From: Neodothiora populina
Taxonomy: Eukaryota
DNA length: 64,000 bases
Direction of reading: 5' to 3'
Assembly: GCF_041146345.1 (NCBI RefSeq)
Contig: NW_027191417.1
Coordinates: 868,001-932,000 of the forward strand
Part shown: piece after piece, positions 1-11,866 of the stretch
Layout of the letters: each line of letters opens with the position of its first letter
Numbering within the stretch: position 1 is the first letter of the stretch
Translations under genes and position numbers: made by a program
The notes under the pieces: generated by a model
Seen by the model: only the letters and a program-made list of their open reading frames with translations
What the model was told of the DNA's origin: nothing
The model's database searches: none

Positions 1-244
1 GCAGCGCGGCCAGCTTGACTTGAGCATCATAACGCGTACGTCGGTCTTGGTCACTGAGGATCTCGTATGCTTGTTGTATCCGGTGGAAATCATCGGCAGC
101 TTTCGCCTTGAGGGCCGGATCCGTTACTTTATCGGGATGGCATTTCAGTACAAGCTTTCGATAGATAGACTTGATCTGTGCAGCGGTAGCATCTTTCTCC
201 ACACCAAGACCAGCGTATGGATCAGGTGGTAATGGAGATGCCAT
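1..244 (-). CDS. DnaJ (J-domain) protein, N-terminal part; runs off the left edge of the window
   Basis: Not in the ORF track. Manual minus-strand translation from the ATG at 244 gives MASPLPPDPYAGLGVEKDATAAQIKSIYRKLVLKCHPDKVTDPALKAKAADDFHRIQQAYEILSDQDRRTRYD, a J-domain with the HPD motif. Confidence 0.93.
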   Translation of the reverse strand, partial: MASPLPPDPYAGLGVEKDATAAQIKSIYRKLVLKCHPDKVTDPALKAKAADDFHRIQQAYEILSDQDRRTRYDAQVKLAAL

Positions 245-3200
245 GATGTTGCTTTTGAAATGTGAGGTTGCTTGATAGTCGTTACGCAGGACCACCTATG
301 ACATGAGCAAGAGATCGAAAAGCAAGTCTATGATGTCGTAGAGGCGGTCGTAAATGCTGCTGGAGAAACCACCGTTGACGCTGTACAGAGTCGTGTTTTT
401 GACAATCGTGGTTATCGTAGTAGTAATAATCGTCTCGTGGTCATGAAATTGTGATAGTGGTGGTGGCGGTGGCTGTGGTGATGGCGTCGGCTGCAGGGAT
501 AATAAATTTGATGGTGTCGGTTTTTCGTCGTAGTCAAGTATAGTCGTTAAATTGTATTACTGGCCATGAAAAGGCAGAACTTGGTAGATAAGGAAGAGAT
601 AAGGAAAAAAAAAGGAAAAGAACAAGTATAGAAGAAAGTGCTAAAGTGGTGGAAGGCACAGGCGGAAGCGGGCCTGAAGAAGAATAAAGGATAAAGGTAC
701 CGTCAAGGGCCTTATTGTACGTGAGGAATGGAATTTAAGACAGATGTGATGCGCTGGGAATGGCTGCGCTGTGCTGGCTGGACGTGACGGACGTTGCGGA
801 CGTGCTGGCAGATCGCCTAACGTCTGTGGAGTAACTGTGAGTACAGCGAATTTGGTGCTGAATGAAATTGATTGTATTGATTGTCCGCGCGCCTCGACGA
901 AGACAGTGCCTGTACTTGAACCGCTTGTGCTTCCGATTGGACGCCCGTTGCACGTAATGCTGTTGTGCGTTACGACCAACCCCGGGCAGAGAGGATTCAG
1001 CAAAGTCACGGGATGACGTTGGCTACGTTGGTTGTGTGTTGATTGATGCCGGACAGGAATCCAGGTAGAAAGCAGATGCAGTGTCGAAGCAAGGCAGATA
1101 GATATAAGATGGCTCTTGCGTGTAAACCGGTACAGGGTAAAAGTCAGTGGCCACTCGATTGCATAAATGTGCAGAGCTCGTGTCTTGTTAGAAGGCAGGA
1201 AGGAGAAGACGAAGCAGTTTGCTGCTGCAAGGCAAGCAATCCTGGTACTTTACGAAGTATGTATGAGCTGCCGAACGTAACGTGCCGGAAACGGGCGAAT
1301 GAAGGGCTTCATTCGGAGAGTACAGCCAATGCTAATGTACTTGTATATTGCCTTGCTTGCCTGCTTCCTCCTACTACCTACGTACTTAAACCTCAGCTAA
1401 CGCACCTACGAGAATCTGCCGCTTCGCCCCACACGTGATGATCCCATCATCCTCTCTTTCGCTTGCTTTAACCGTCGAATCACTACAGGCGGTGAAGCTC
1501 AGAGGTGTCCCGGCCCGCCCGTTTAGTCCTCTACGCTACGTGCTACCGTACAAGTACCTTAGTTTGCTCCATTCTCTCTCGCTAGGTTCTCGCTTTGAAG
1601 ATAAGATATTCTCTACATACCTGTATCATCAATGCCCCGCCCGATTCTGAAACGTCCACCGTAGCACCTTGCTATGAGGCTCACATGAACTCGCCTTCTT
1701 GCCCCTCCTTTCTTGTCCCTGTTGCACACTTGTCTACTTGCTCAGATGCATCGACATGCACAACAATCTACTTCCAGTTCGTTCATCACATACACCCTCC
1801 TGCAAACTTCCCCGATTGGTCTGCCTAGCTGGACTAACGACTCGAGACCTTGAGCTTATGCAGTCCACTTCTCTGGCGTCGGTGCCATGGCATCGCGACA
1901 TATGACTTCACACGTGGACATGTCTGGTCGCCTCTGTCGTACCAGAGCATACACATTATCCTTCAGTAGTATGCTTTTGAAACACTAAGCCTGGCATGCC
2001 ATTTGGTGAGAGATCGTATGACCCTTCCTTGCAAGGCAGTATATAAAAATTAGGTTGTCCCGTAGTATCAAGTTCGAGGTCCTGACTTGATCGAGTCTGA
2101 TCACCCTCTCACCCCACACATCTCACTGACTGCTCAGCGGTCCAAGCGATACAAAGTCTTGTGACTCGCTTTCGGCTACAGCTTGTGCCACCCAATCTTG
2201 TCAGGATCCCGTCACATCATCGGCGCACCAGAGTGTATAGTAGGTACCCGATGCAACAGCTGTTGCATAATGCACCGAGTAACGGAGGAGCATGGCTCTT
2301 TGTGTCCCCCTGCAGCATCCCCTCATCGAAGCTCCATCATTGTTAAGTCACTGGTTGGATAGTCTCCAGTGTTCAATTGTCCCAGGCGAGCGATGTGATC
2401 AGCGTAGCTAATGACTAGCTGTGCGTAGAGTTGCTTGGTGTACTGAACCTCCTGGCTAGCTAAGAGGTAAGCGGTTGCACTTGTCGATGCAGCATTCCGT
2501 TTCGTAATGTGTATGGTTTCTATAAGCCAGTCCCATAGAAGCGCTATTCCTTAGTCCTGCTCCACGCTGGCCGTATTGTCTCATCGTCTTACATACTTGT
2601 ACATTCTGACATAATGAACGGCTCCGCTTCTGCCTGCTGGACGCGCTGAAGGCAGCGATATCGAGAGATCGATGAGTCCCGATGTGACGCCAGATACCCG
2701 CTGCTTTTTTTCCAGCCCGAATGCCTTGCATCACAAGTTCACGTTGCCTTGCCGACACTAAGTGACTCCCGTGGAATCGACAACCTCTTCGAAACTCGAC
2801 TTGCTGTAAGTGTAGGTTGTGGTATATGCATGGTGTGCATGCTCAGGCAGTTCCTCTGGTTACATATATCATATATCGTGTACCTGATATTGGGAAGACG
2901 AAATAGGCCAATCGGCCCCCAAAAAAAGCTATGTTTGGATCCTCCGACGAGTGAACTCCAATACAGATGCTTTCATGTATGTGCAATGGTAAGCTGGACC
3001 GTCCCATCATGCACTTGTCAATGGAGATGTAAAGTGCGTGCTTTACCGCTAAGCCATGCAGATCACTACTCGTTCAGTGTCTCACTGCTTGCGGTCATCG
3101 CCTGGTGGATTGCCTCAATCGGGGATCCCGCAAGCGATTGATTGCATTTTTGGGCATTTTCATCGCTCATCTATATGCAATATTAACTTGGTGATAGATA

Positions 3201-3672
3201 GTTTCGCATGTGCTGTGCGCATCGCAAGATTGAGGCATAGATTGGGCTAGATCTCAGGGCTGCTGGGCATCAAGCCGCGATTGGAAGGCTCTCCTAGATT
3301 TACGAGATGCATTTGAACGATGGGCTATACCCACAGGACATCATCGTCCACTTGCTGGTTTATATGGTTACCAAGCATTCGGTAAAAAAAGACGGCTTGG
3401 TCAGGATTTTCAATGGAGTGTCATAGCACCTTCTATGAGCAATGCAGCAGGATAATTCCAAGGAGAGAGTTGCAATCGGACGTGCCCAAGCCCGACCCTG
3501 CTATCAAGTGCGTCATCATCAACGCTTTGGATGTACCCAAGTTGAGTATTACAGGATGGTCCACCACATTTGCAGTGTTACCGTCTACGAGTATGCTGGC
3601 AGTTTGAAAGCTACAGAAGTGACCATACATTGAAAATTTGAAACACTGCAACATAACTTTGATTGTACATAG

Positions 3673-4704
3673 ATGAACAAGCTCATGTCGAATAAGCCAG
3701 GTGTACACCCACTACTTCGAACACTCTCTAGCCGGCGACTACAGATAGCAGGTGCACTGTTGTCATCTATATACTTTTACTCGCACATGCCTTCAGCCGG
3801 CAAAGCGGATGCGTCAAGCAGTGCTTCCCTACAGTGGCCCGCACGCCAGTATCGGCCGCGATACTCTGAGTTTCCTTATACTAAAGCAGACTTTGTAAGA
3901 CACGACTCTAGCTCAGATGGCTCTTTTTACAGCAGTCCTCGATTCGTCACACATATCGACGATGCTGCGATCACGGCTCTTCGATGCTACTATGACTATG
4001 CACTGCCCAAGAAAGGTCGCATCTTGGACTTTTGTTCTTCATGGATTAGCCATTATCCCGAGCGCATCGGACAGGCTGTCAAGAATGGAGACTTGGTGAT
4101 TGTGGGGATGGGAATGAACAACGCAGAGTCAGTCCCTCCGGATCGCTACTCATGAACATCAGTCTGACAATCCCTTACATGCTTTCGAAGAACCCTGTTT
4201 TGAACAAGAGGATATTGCAGAATCTCAACAACACACCCACTGTCCCGGTCGAAGTATGTGGGGGTCAACATGCAGAGGGTACCGGGCTCTTGGATGCAAG
4301 TACGTGTGTAGTAAGCATCGATTACTTGATACATCCGCTCGAGGTGTTGTCAAGCCTTAGAGAACGGACCCGCATAGGAGGCACCGTTCACCTAGCTGTA
4401 TCTAATCGCTGCTTTCCCTCAAAGGTGAGTTGTTCCCGTTCACACTTTTCGCTCATCTTTGACCATACTTCAGGCCGTATCGCGCTGGCTTGAAAGTACC
4501 GAGGAGCAAAGACTCGCCATGGTCGGAGACTATTTGTGGTTCTCCGGTTGGAAAGACGTGGAGATCATCGATGTCAAAGCAGGTTATCAGCAGTGTGCCA
4601 ACGCACCCGATCAAGGTCAAAGCGGCCTGCAAGGGTTCATGTCGATGATGGGAATGACTCATGAGGACCCTCTGTGGGTAGTTCGCGCGAGAAGGACCGA
4701 GTGA
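3673..4704 (+). CDS. Class I SAM-dependent methyltransferase-like protein, 3 exons
   Basis: Family motifs FYSSPRFVTHIDDAAI, ILDFCSSWISHYP, SIDYLIHPLEVL, SNRCFPSK and DPLWVV are spread over ORFs 3673, 4152 and 4459. Intron 2 is 4425-4473 (GTGAGT..CAG). Intron 1 at about 4128-4180 is atypical (see findings). The start could be 3673, 3685 or 3787. Confidence 0.8.
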
Positions 4705-6361
4705 AGGAGAATCTAGACGTTCTGGGCGCTCGTGGGTTCAGTGCAGTTGCATTGCACAGCCTGGTCTCCACGAAGTCGGTCTACAGCTCACCAAGGACGG
4801 TCGATCCTTTATCGTTACATGACTCTGAAAACATGTCCGATTATGCGGACTGGTTACTCAGCACCGAATGAGGGTGGATGCAACGTGTGGGCCATAGCAT
4901 CTCGTATTATATGCTTCAAAGCTAGGCGTGCATCGGTGTTCAAGAAAAGAGTACTGCTGAGGGTGTCAACATAAGCTGCAGTATCTGAAACATGTCACCA
5001 TTTGGACCGTCGTCACTGTGCTTGGAGACGTGAGCTGCGTTACCCACAACTGCAGTGCTATAGGTGGTAAGTATGCTGCATTGCACGGCTGAAACGGAAC
5101 AGCCACATATCGTCAGCTGCGGAGCCGAGGCGCAGCACACCGTGAATCACTTGTGACGACAACTTACCACAGACGATTCACGAGACCTCCAAAGTCCAGA
5201 AGATGACCCAGTATTGCTGAGCCTCAAAACAGTGCATACAGCCTTTCCTCCGAGCCTTTATGCGAGTGAGTAATATTGCGTTCTCGGAAGACACAGATGT
5301 ATCCTCGGATAGCGCATCATTCGCCTACAAGGATGATTTTGCAGGACAGAGTGAGTCATGTATGGCGCGTCCTGCTTCAAGCCTACCTCTAGTGCTCATC
5401 ACATGGCTTGGTGGAGAGCGGGTGCTATGGTTGTTGACTGGTATAGTGACATACGATTGGCTGGGAATACAATGATGTGAGAAAGTGATGAGTCCGTGCG
5501 ACGCGTGGTCGCTGTTTTTCGAGAAGCACGAGGAAGATCACCCGAGGCTTGCTGCGACCGCATACGAGACCCGTCCCGGACCCTCCGTGCTTGCCAGGGC
5601 CATGGCCCTGCATGGCTCTCAAGTTTTTTTTCCTCGTGGCTCATGTACAGGCGCTTGAGATGGAACGAGAAGGCGACATATTATTCCATGAGCAGATGCT
5701 GGATTTCAACTCCATATTCTGCGTTCGAATCAAGAGAGAAGAGGATAGTTCTCCGTTATAGGAATGGATATACGCAGTGGTGAGAATCGTAATCCATGTT
5801 CACACTCTTCTACCGTTCCGCAAATACGTCAAGAAGAGCAAAGTGGACAGATGCTTTATGCAGTCACAGAGTCTCGAGCACTCGCAAGATGTTTCCGATA
5901 GGACTGATGCATCAATGACCTGTTGCCGTATATTCTCGTTATACCGACAGAACTTGTCTGATCCGAGTGTGCAAGGACACTTGCTTGGACTTGGACATGC
6001 TCCTCGGGGTACGCCTATTATGCACGGTTCTAGCGCATATGCAGCAGCTGCACCGCCTACCTTTTGGCCACCCCGCGGCTGACAACCAAAATAAAAATGC
6101 CTAAGATATGACCATAAGAGGCTACTTACTCCACCTTCTCGTTGCCCACCCTCTTCCCTTCAACCTCTTTCCCTTGCTTCTCATTCGCTCTAACCCGTGC
6201 ACACTAATTCAGGAACCATTGTACGACCCGAACTTTATACTACTTTCTTTTTTCATATTTCGTTTACAGCAGCGACGCATGCGCCCACCAGTTGCCACCC
6301 TTTCCCATACCAATAATAGTTATAATCGCATCTAGTACAAATTTGTTTCGAGTGTTTTGCA

Positions 6362-7417
6362 ATGCCTTTGCAATTGTTACCGGCTTCTGCTGCTGCTTTT
6401 GCTCCTCGCTCGGCACCGACCATCGTCCTGGACCATCACCAGAGACGGGTAGAACCATGGCTGACACAGACCCTCAAGCGGATAAACCGTGTGAAGCGTC
6501 CTCTCAATAGCGTTGCGCAGCATTTTCGATGCTTGACGGAAACCCTTGGTGCGCCATCTGCGATCTGGACACTAGCGTCGTTAATGTTGCCAAAGGCTCC
6601 TGAAGACGAACTCAAGAAGGACGATGATCCACTTCTCATGGCAATATCAAACTACCAGCTCGTGTCGATCGAGGCTTATGTCGTGCATGTCGATATGGTG
6701 TCGCAGCATGAGGTTGCCTTCAAGCTGACTCCTGAGACTATCGAGACTCTTATCGACTATCACAAGTCGATATACTGTGTGGATGTTGCTGCCAGCACGT
6801 ACGCATGGCCTGAGAAAGATGCGCAGATTCGAAAGATGCAAGACGATTTCGTGCAAGCGGTCAATCGCTTCGTCTTCCGAACTGCGGTTCGTGCTCTAGA
6901 AGGTCTCGAGGAAGAAGGTGCGGGCGAGTTGTTAGAAGGTCGTAGCGCGGAAGCCAAAACCGCCATCATGAACTTGTTCCTGCCTTTGTTGGCTCCTCCG
7001 CCAAGGATCGTGGACGTCGTCTATCCCGGCCCTCCGCTCTCAACCTCAATGTTGCCTCCTGGTGTTTGGTGGCAGCCAACGCACACGATCAACCACCTTC
7101 CTGGTCCTGTTGATACGTGGCGCATACTGCCATCTACTCCAAGCCCCTCGTCCACACCGGGCAGCGAATCACAGTCCTCGGGATTGTGGACGACCATGGA
7201 TCTTGATGCAATGCAACTCCCTTCTCCAACGCCTTCCTATAGCCGACCAGTTTTCGGTTCGTCGTTGCCATTCTACAGCTCCCCAGAGGTCATCACTGCC
7301 ATGCCTACCATTCCGTTCCCTAGTGCTCTGCCTTGTGGCACAAGCATGCTAGGATTCGGAGTTGACGGATTCAGCTATACAGGCAACGTTTTCGCTCCTC
7401 AGTACGCTACTATCTAG
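6362..7417 (+). CDS. Conserved fungal protein of unknown function (351 aa, Pro/Ser-rich C-terminus)
   Basis: Long single-exon ORF. Its N-terminal region (VEPWLTQTLKRINRVKRPLNSV; EAYVVHVDMVSQHEVAFKLT) resembles conserved ascomycete hypothetical proteins as I recall them. Confidence 0.8.
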   Translation: MPLQLLPASAAAFAPRSAPTIVLDHHQRRVEPWLTQTLKRINRVKRPLNSVAQHFRCLTETLGAPSAIWTLASLMLPKAPEDELKKDDDPLLMAISNYQLVSIEAYVVHVDMVSQHEVAFKLTPETIETLIDYHKSIYCVDVAASTYAWPEKDAQIRKMQDDFVQAVNRFVFRTAVRALEGLEEEGAGELLEGRSAEAKTAIMNLFLPLLAPPPRIVDVVYPGPPLSTSMLPPGVWWQPTHTINHLPGPVDTWRILPSTPSPSSTPGSESQSSGLWTTMDLDAMQLPSPTPSYSRPVFGSSLPFYSSPEVITAMPTIPFPSALPCGTSMLGFGVDGFSYTGNVFAPQYATI

Positions 7418-9079
7418 GCTAAAGGGGGACGGACCGCCTTTGTGAGCACTTTTCCCATGAGCCGAGCGACCTCAAGCCTTCCGGGCTCACAAGCCTGGAC
7501 TGCTCCCTGACCACGACGATGGGGCACATCACAATCATATCCCATCTTGCAATCTGGGCTGGTGCACACAGCCGTCTTGCTTGTCAGGGAATCAATTTGT
7601 ACTAGATGCGATGCAACTTTCTCTTGGATACCTCATACCCGATGCTTGCCGCTTGGTAGTATCATGCAATTCTGGTGGGCGTCATCATTTCTTTGAGCTT
7701 CAACCGCTCATCATTGCGTTCTCGAACTTTGGATTAGCGAGCGTGTTCTTGTTCTTTTTCTTTGGTAATTTTCCTTTTTGGTGTGCCCGGGTTGGCATTC
7801 TCTCTTTTCACGCATGATGCATAGTTACTCCGGGAGTTTACGATGCATGACATGAAAGCGCATACGAGTTTGGGAGGACCTCGCGGTCCGAGTGGGTGGC
7901 CTTCTCATTTGATTTTCAACGATACTGGATGTCTAGCGTTATCTTTCTCTTTCACAATGATCCAGGTCGGGAGATAGGGCAAGGTTGTAGAGCAGCCGCC
8001 ATCGTCTGCCCGCCGGGCTGGCTCGGGTTCCGGTCCTGGTGACTACCTGGGTAGGAGGGGCAGGAGGTAATAAGTGCCAGGAGCACGAGGTGGACAACGG
8101 GAGTTGGCCATGACTTGATGTCGGGTCCAGCTACCGTTGTAGACTACGCCACGGTTCAAGCAACCATGTGGCTGCTCCGTCTAGTACGGACGGCCATTGC
8201 CTAATCCTTCTGCTGGCAAGATACAACAAACCCAAGGCTCTGGTAGGATGCTGAGCTGCTAGTCAGATCGGCGGAACTGCCAAACCTTGAGGGGAAAGAT
8301 TGCGCGGATTCCTTTGTTAGTACCGTCATCATTCAGCAGGTTCTGAAGACGCTCTTGCGCTGGACGCATGGGTGTAGTCCTTTGTTCGAGGAATAGTATA
8401 ATTCAACTGGTTTTGAATGAAGATTCAGGTGCGAGCGTGCGCGTTCATGAGACTGTGAGACATTGATCGAAGCTCAGGTGCGAGTGTCGCCTCTTGCTCT
8501 AGTAGGGGCAGCTACAGTAGGAAAGCGCTTCTGTTCATCCGTGAAGACTCGAAGCGAAATATACGCGGAGTTATGTAAGCGTCCCTTTAATCACAAGGCG
8601 TACCTGATATAAGCGACTACACTGTAGATAAGGCAAGCTAAAGCAATCACACCTGGTGAGATGTACTGCACAGTACTGTACTTGAGTAGATCAAGGCGCC
8701 TCAATATTAAAACAGTACTTCATCAATGCCATACCAGAACTTCTCCTACACTTGTTACGTAAGACACACTTCGCAATTGCTTGCTTGCTTGTACCACTCT
8801 TTTGGCTACAGTGCTACTTGCCAGCTGCAACAAGAGTAGTGCTGCAGTGTACTGTATATGCATCATTGAGTCTTGTGTCGTGCGCTGGCTCTGCACATTC
8901 TTCACCCTCCCGACTGATCACAAAGGTAAGCCTCGCCTGTCCATGTCGCGACATCTTGAGACAACCAAGTCGAACACTGGACTTTGTCGGGCGAGAACAA
9001 GTTACTAGCTGCTCACCCAGCCGACAACATTTCTGGCAAACAGCACAGTAGGTTGACGGTCATAGCAGTAATAATTATA

Positions 9080-11484
9080 ATGCCGCCTGCGAACACGCCT
9101 CAGGTAACAGACGTCATATAAAGCCCCCAATCTGCCCGTGTACCCTTGCCCCAGTCTGGGCCAAATGCAAATCACCTTGATATAGCCGTATGGAATCGGG
9201 CAAACCTGACTAGATGTAGGCTACACCACCACAGTCAGAACACGAATTGGACCGTCTACTACCAGATCAGTCATTTCTTGAGCCCAGCCTGGCCCAGCAG
9301 AATAACGATGCCAACAGCGAGAACATTCGTTTCCTAAGAACCCCACTCGAGATACCGACGCATTCGTCGTCGTCGACTTCGCTAGAGAATAATGACCACA
9401 CAAACCGAGCGGACCAAATGGAACTGGATCAGCCAAGTGCCACAGTGGCTTCCGAGTCGGCAGACTCAATCAATCAAGGAGAGGAGCGGCAAAGCAGTGA
9501 TGGCGAACAGCGACTTCGACTACAGAGAGTCCTTGCCAGATTGAGCAGGCGCCACGACTGGCCACCAACATCTTCCTATAGCGAGAGGATTCCGCCACCT
9601 GCTCAGCAGTCCTTATACGATTGGGCGCCTCAGCAGGACTCTGTGCCTGATGATGACCAAGGGCTAGAGGAGATACTTACTGCTTTGCAACGACAAAACC
9701 CTGGTACCCACTCCGACATCCTCGAATTTCTCGCTAGGCGTCAATTGTATCGCCAGAGGGAGCACGACGACCATGCCAGGACAAGATGGAGAAGCCAGCA
9801 GACACGCAGTGATACGCCTACTACAGAGAGAAGGAACGATAGTCTGAGGAGTGCTGCCATATTGCAACATGCGAGAGCCAGCGCTAGCATAAGGACGCCG
9901 AGTGGAACAGAGCGCATGCTGAGATATCTGAGGAATAGAGAACGCGCAGGCCAGACAACGGGGTTGGACCAAGAAACCGTAGAGCCTATCGCGTCCGCCC
10001 ACGATCCTGCGACCGATTTGTCTGATTCGCAGATGCAAGCTCACCATGAGATCAATCGTATTGCTTCACGCACGCTGCGCTCTTCATTCCAGCCCAACAC
10101 TAGCAGCAACATCACAAATGCCGATAACACAAATAGGAGCACCAGGAATAGGAATGATGCGCGAGCTCGCATCGATGCATACCGTAGAGGGTATCTGGCC
10201 GAGAACCCCTCCATAGCCACCACATCTTCCGGAATTGATTCGTCTCCCGTATTAGAGAACGCGGTCAAATATCTTGACACACTGCGACTCAGCTCTTCTT
10301 CGGAACTTCCACTACTAGCTTTCTTAGACTATGGTTACATGCTTGATCAACTCTTCACCGACAACCAAGACGATTTACTGACTGATCTCGATCAATGTCC
10401 GGCGCCATCTGTGAGCTCCCTTCTCTGTCCCGGTGCAGTCTTTGAGGGCACACAGAACACGGCATCTTCTGGGCAGAACACGAGTAGCACCTTACGCTCC
10501 TTCGCCCTTACCAGCTCAATATACAGCAACGAGCCGCAAAGAACCCTCGATACCACACGACCCTGGCTGATACATCCCTCGGCTTCTCCTGCCACCCTCT
10601 CCGGTGCTGGAACGCATCCGAGCCTCGATCCTTCGCGAGCCTCACAGGACCGGTGGCCGGTGAAAGTCAAGATCCAAGATGTCGATTACGAAAGGATGAC
10701 AGTGGCCGGGATAATGGAGGCATACGATGTTCCCACGCCCTCTAATTCGATCAACCCCATTCTTTTGCAATCCCACACGCAGAGGGACGCTCAGTCCAGC
10801 CATCGACCGTCGGCTACTGCGTCTTGCCGCAAGCGTGCATTCCCAATCACCACATATCTCGAAGGACAAATAATAGACTTCAGCACGCACTCGTTCCTCA
10901 CGCCAGCGTCAGGGTCAGAAGAACAACAACAAAACTCGAGCAGTATTTCATCCAGCGGCAGAGCAGCAGCAGCCAGATCATCCCAGGGAAATAACAACAC
11001 ACCCTACCGACCAACGACGCAAGGAATCGTGTATCCCCCGACATCAGCCATCACCGACGCCGCGAACTGGCGAAACCTGCCTCCCTTCAACACAATGAAA
11101 ACAGACGAGGACGTCGCGCGCTCACTGCTCAGTCGGTCTGCAATGACGGAAATCATGTCAGAGTGGATCTTCATGCGGTGGAAGGAGCGCTGCTTCATAC
11201 ATTCCAAGACGGATTCTTGCCAGCATCACAACCACAACCAGCTTTCTCCAGGCGGCGCTGGTCCTGTGATGCCGCCGCCGCCGCCCTCTTCCTTGGTGCT
11301 GGGTGAAGGCGATGATACCGATACGGGCCACGGACTCACCATCTCCGGGTTTTACTACGTCAGTCTGCGCAGGAGTGATGGGGAAATCGACGGGCTTTAT
11401 TTTGACACCAAGACGAGTCCGTATCAGCACTTGAAATTGAGTGCCAAGGCTGGCGGGTTGCACGGTGCGTGGCAGTTCAAGTGA
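9080..11484 (+). CDS. Vid24/GID4-like protein (vacuolar import and degradation domain) with long N-terminal extension, 2 exons
   Basis: Exon 1 is 9080-9103 (MPPANTPQ); the intron 9104-9219 (GTAACA..CTGAC..TAG) joins in frame to ORF 9247. C-terminal motifs: WPVKVKIQDVD, MEAYDVP, ITTYLEGQIIDF, FMRWKERCF, GLTISGFYYVSLRRSDGEIDGLYFD, SPYQHLKL. Confidence 0.85.
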
Positions 11485-11866
11485 GGTCGGCAGGAATATG
11501 ATCAGGCTTGGACGGTAATATATTACAAGTGGTGATTTCCCACTAGAGACACATGCAGGTCACAGATAAACACACAGGCAGAAGGGTCTATAGTCACGTA
11601 AAATAATGGAACAGATAAATCCCTCGCAAGACTTTTTCTTTTCGTAGTAGTATATGAAGTGCTTGTTGGTCGAGCTTAGAGACAGTCAAATCACAACAGT
11701 GCGATGGATTTGACAAAGCCCCGAATTCTGCCCTCCCGCATAAACATATCCTCGGCGTTTTTGTGTTTCGCGCGTGCACGCTCCTGGAAGGTCACAGAAA
11801 AAGTGCTCCCAGGTAGCAAGACTCGGACTCGTGATTTGCCGAAAATGATGCGTTCAAGCAAAACAT

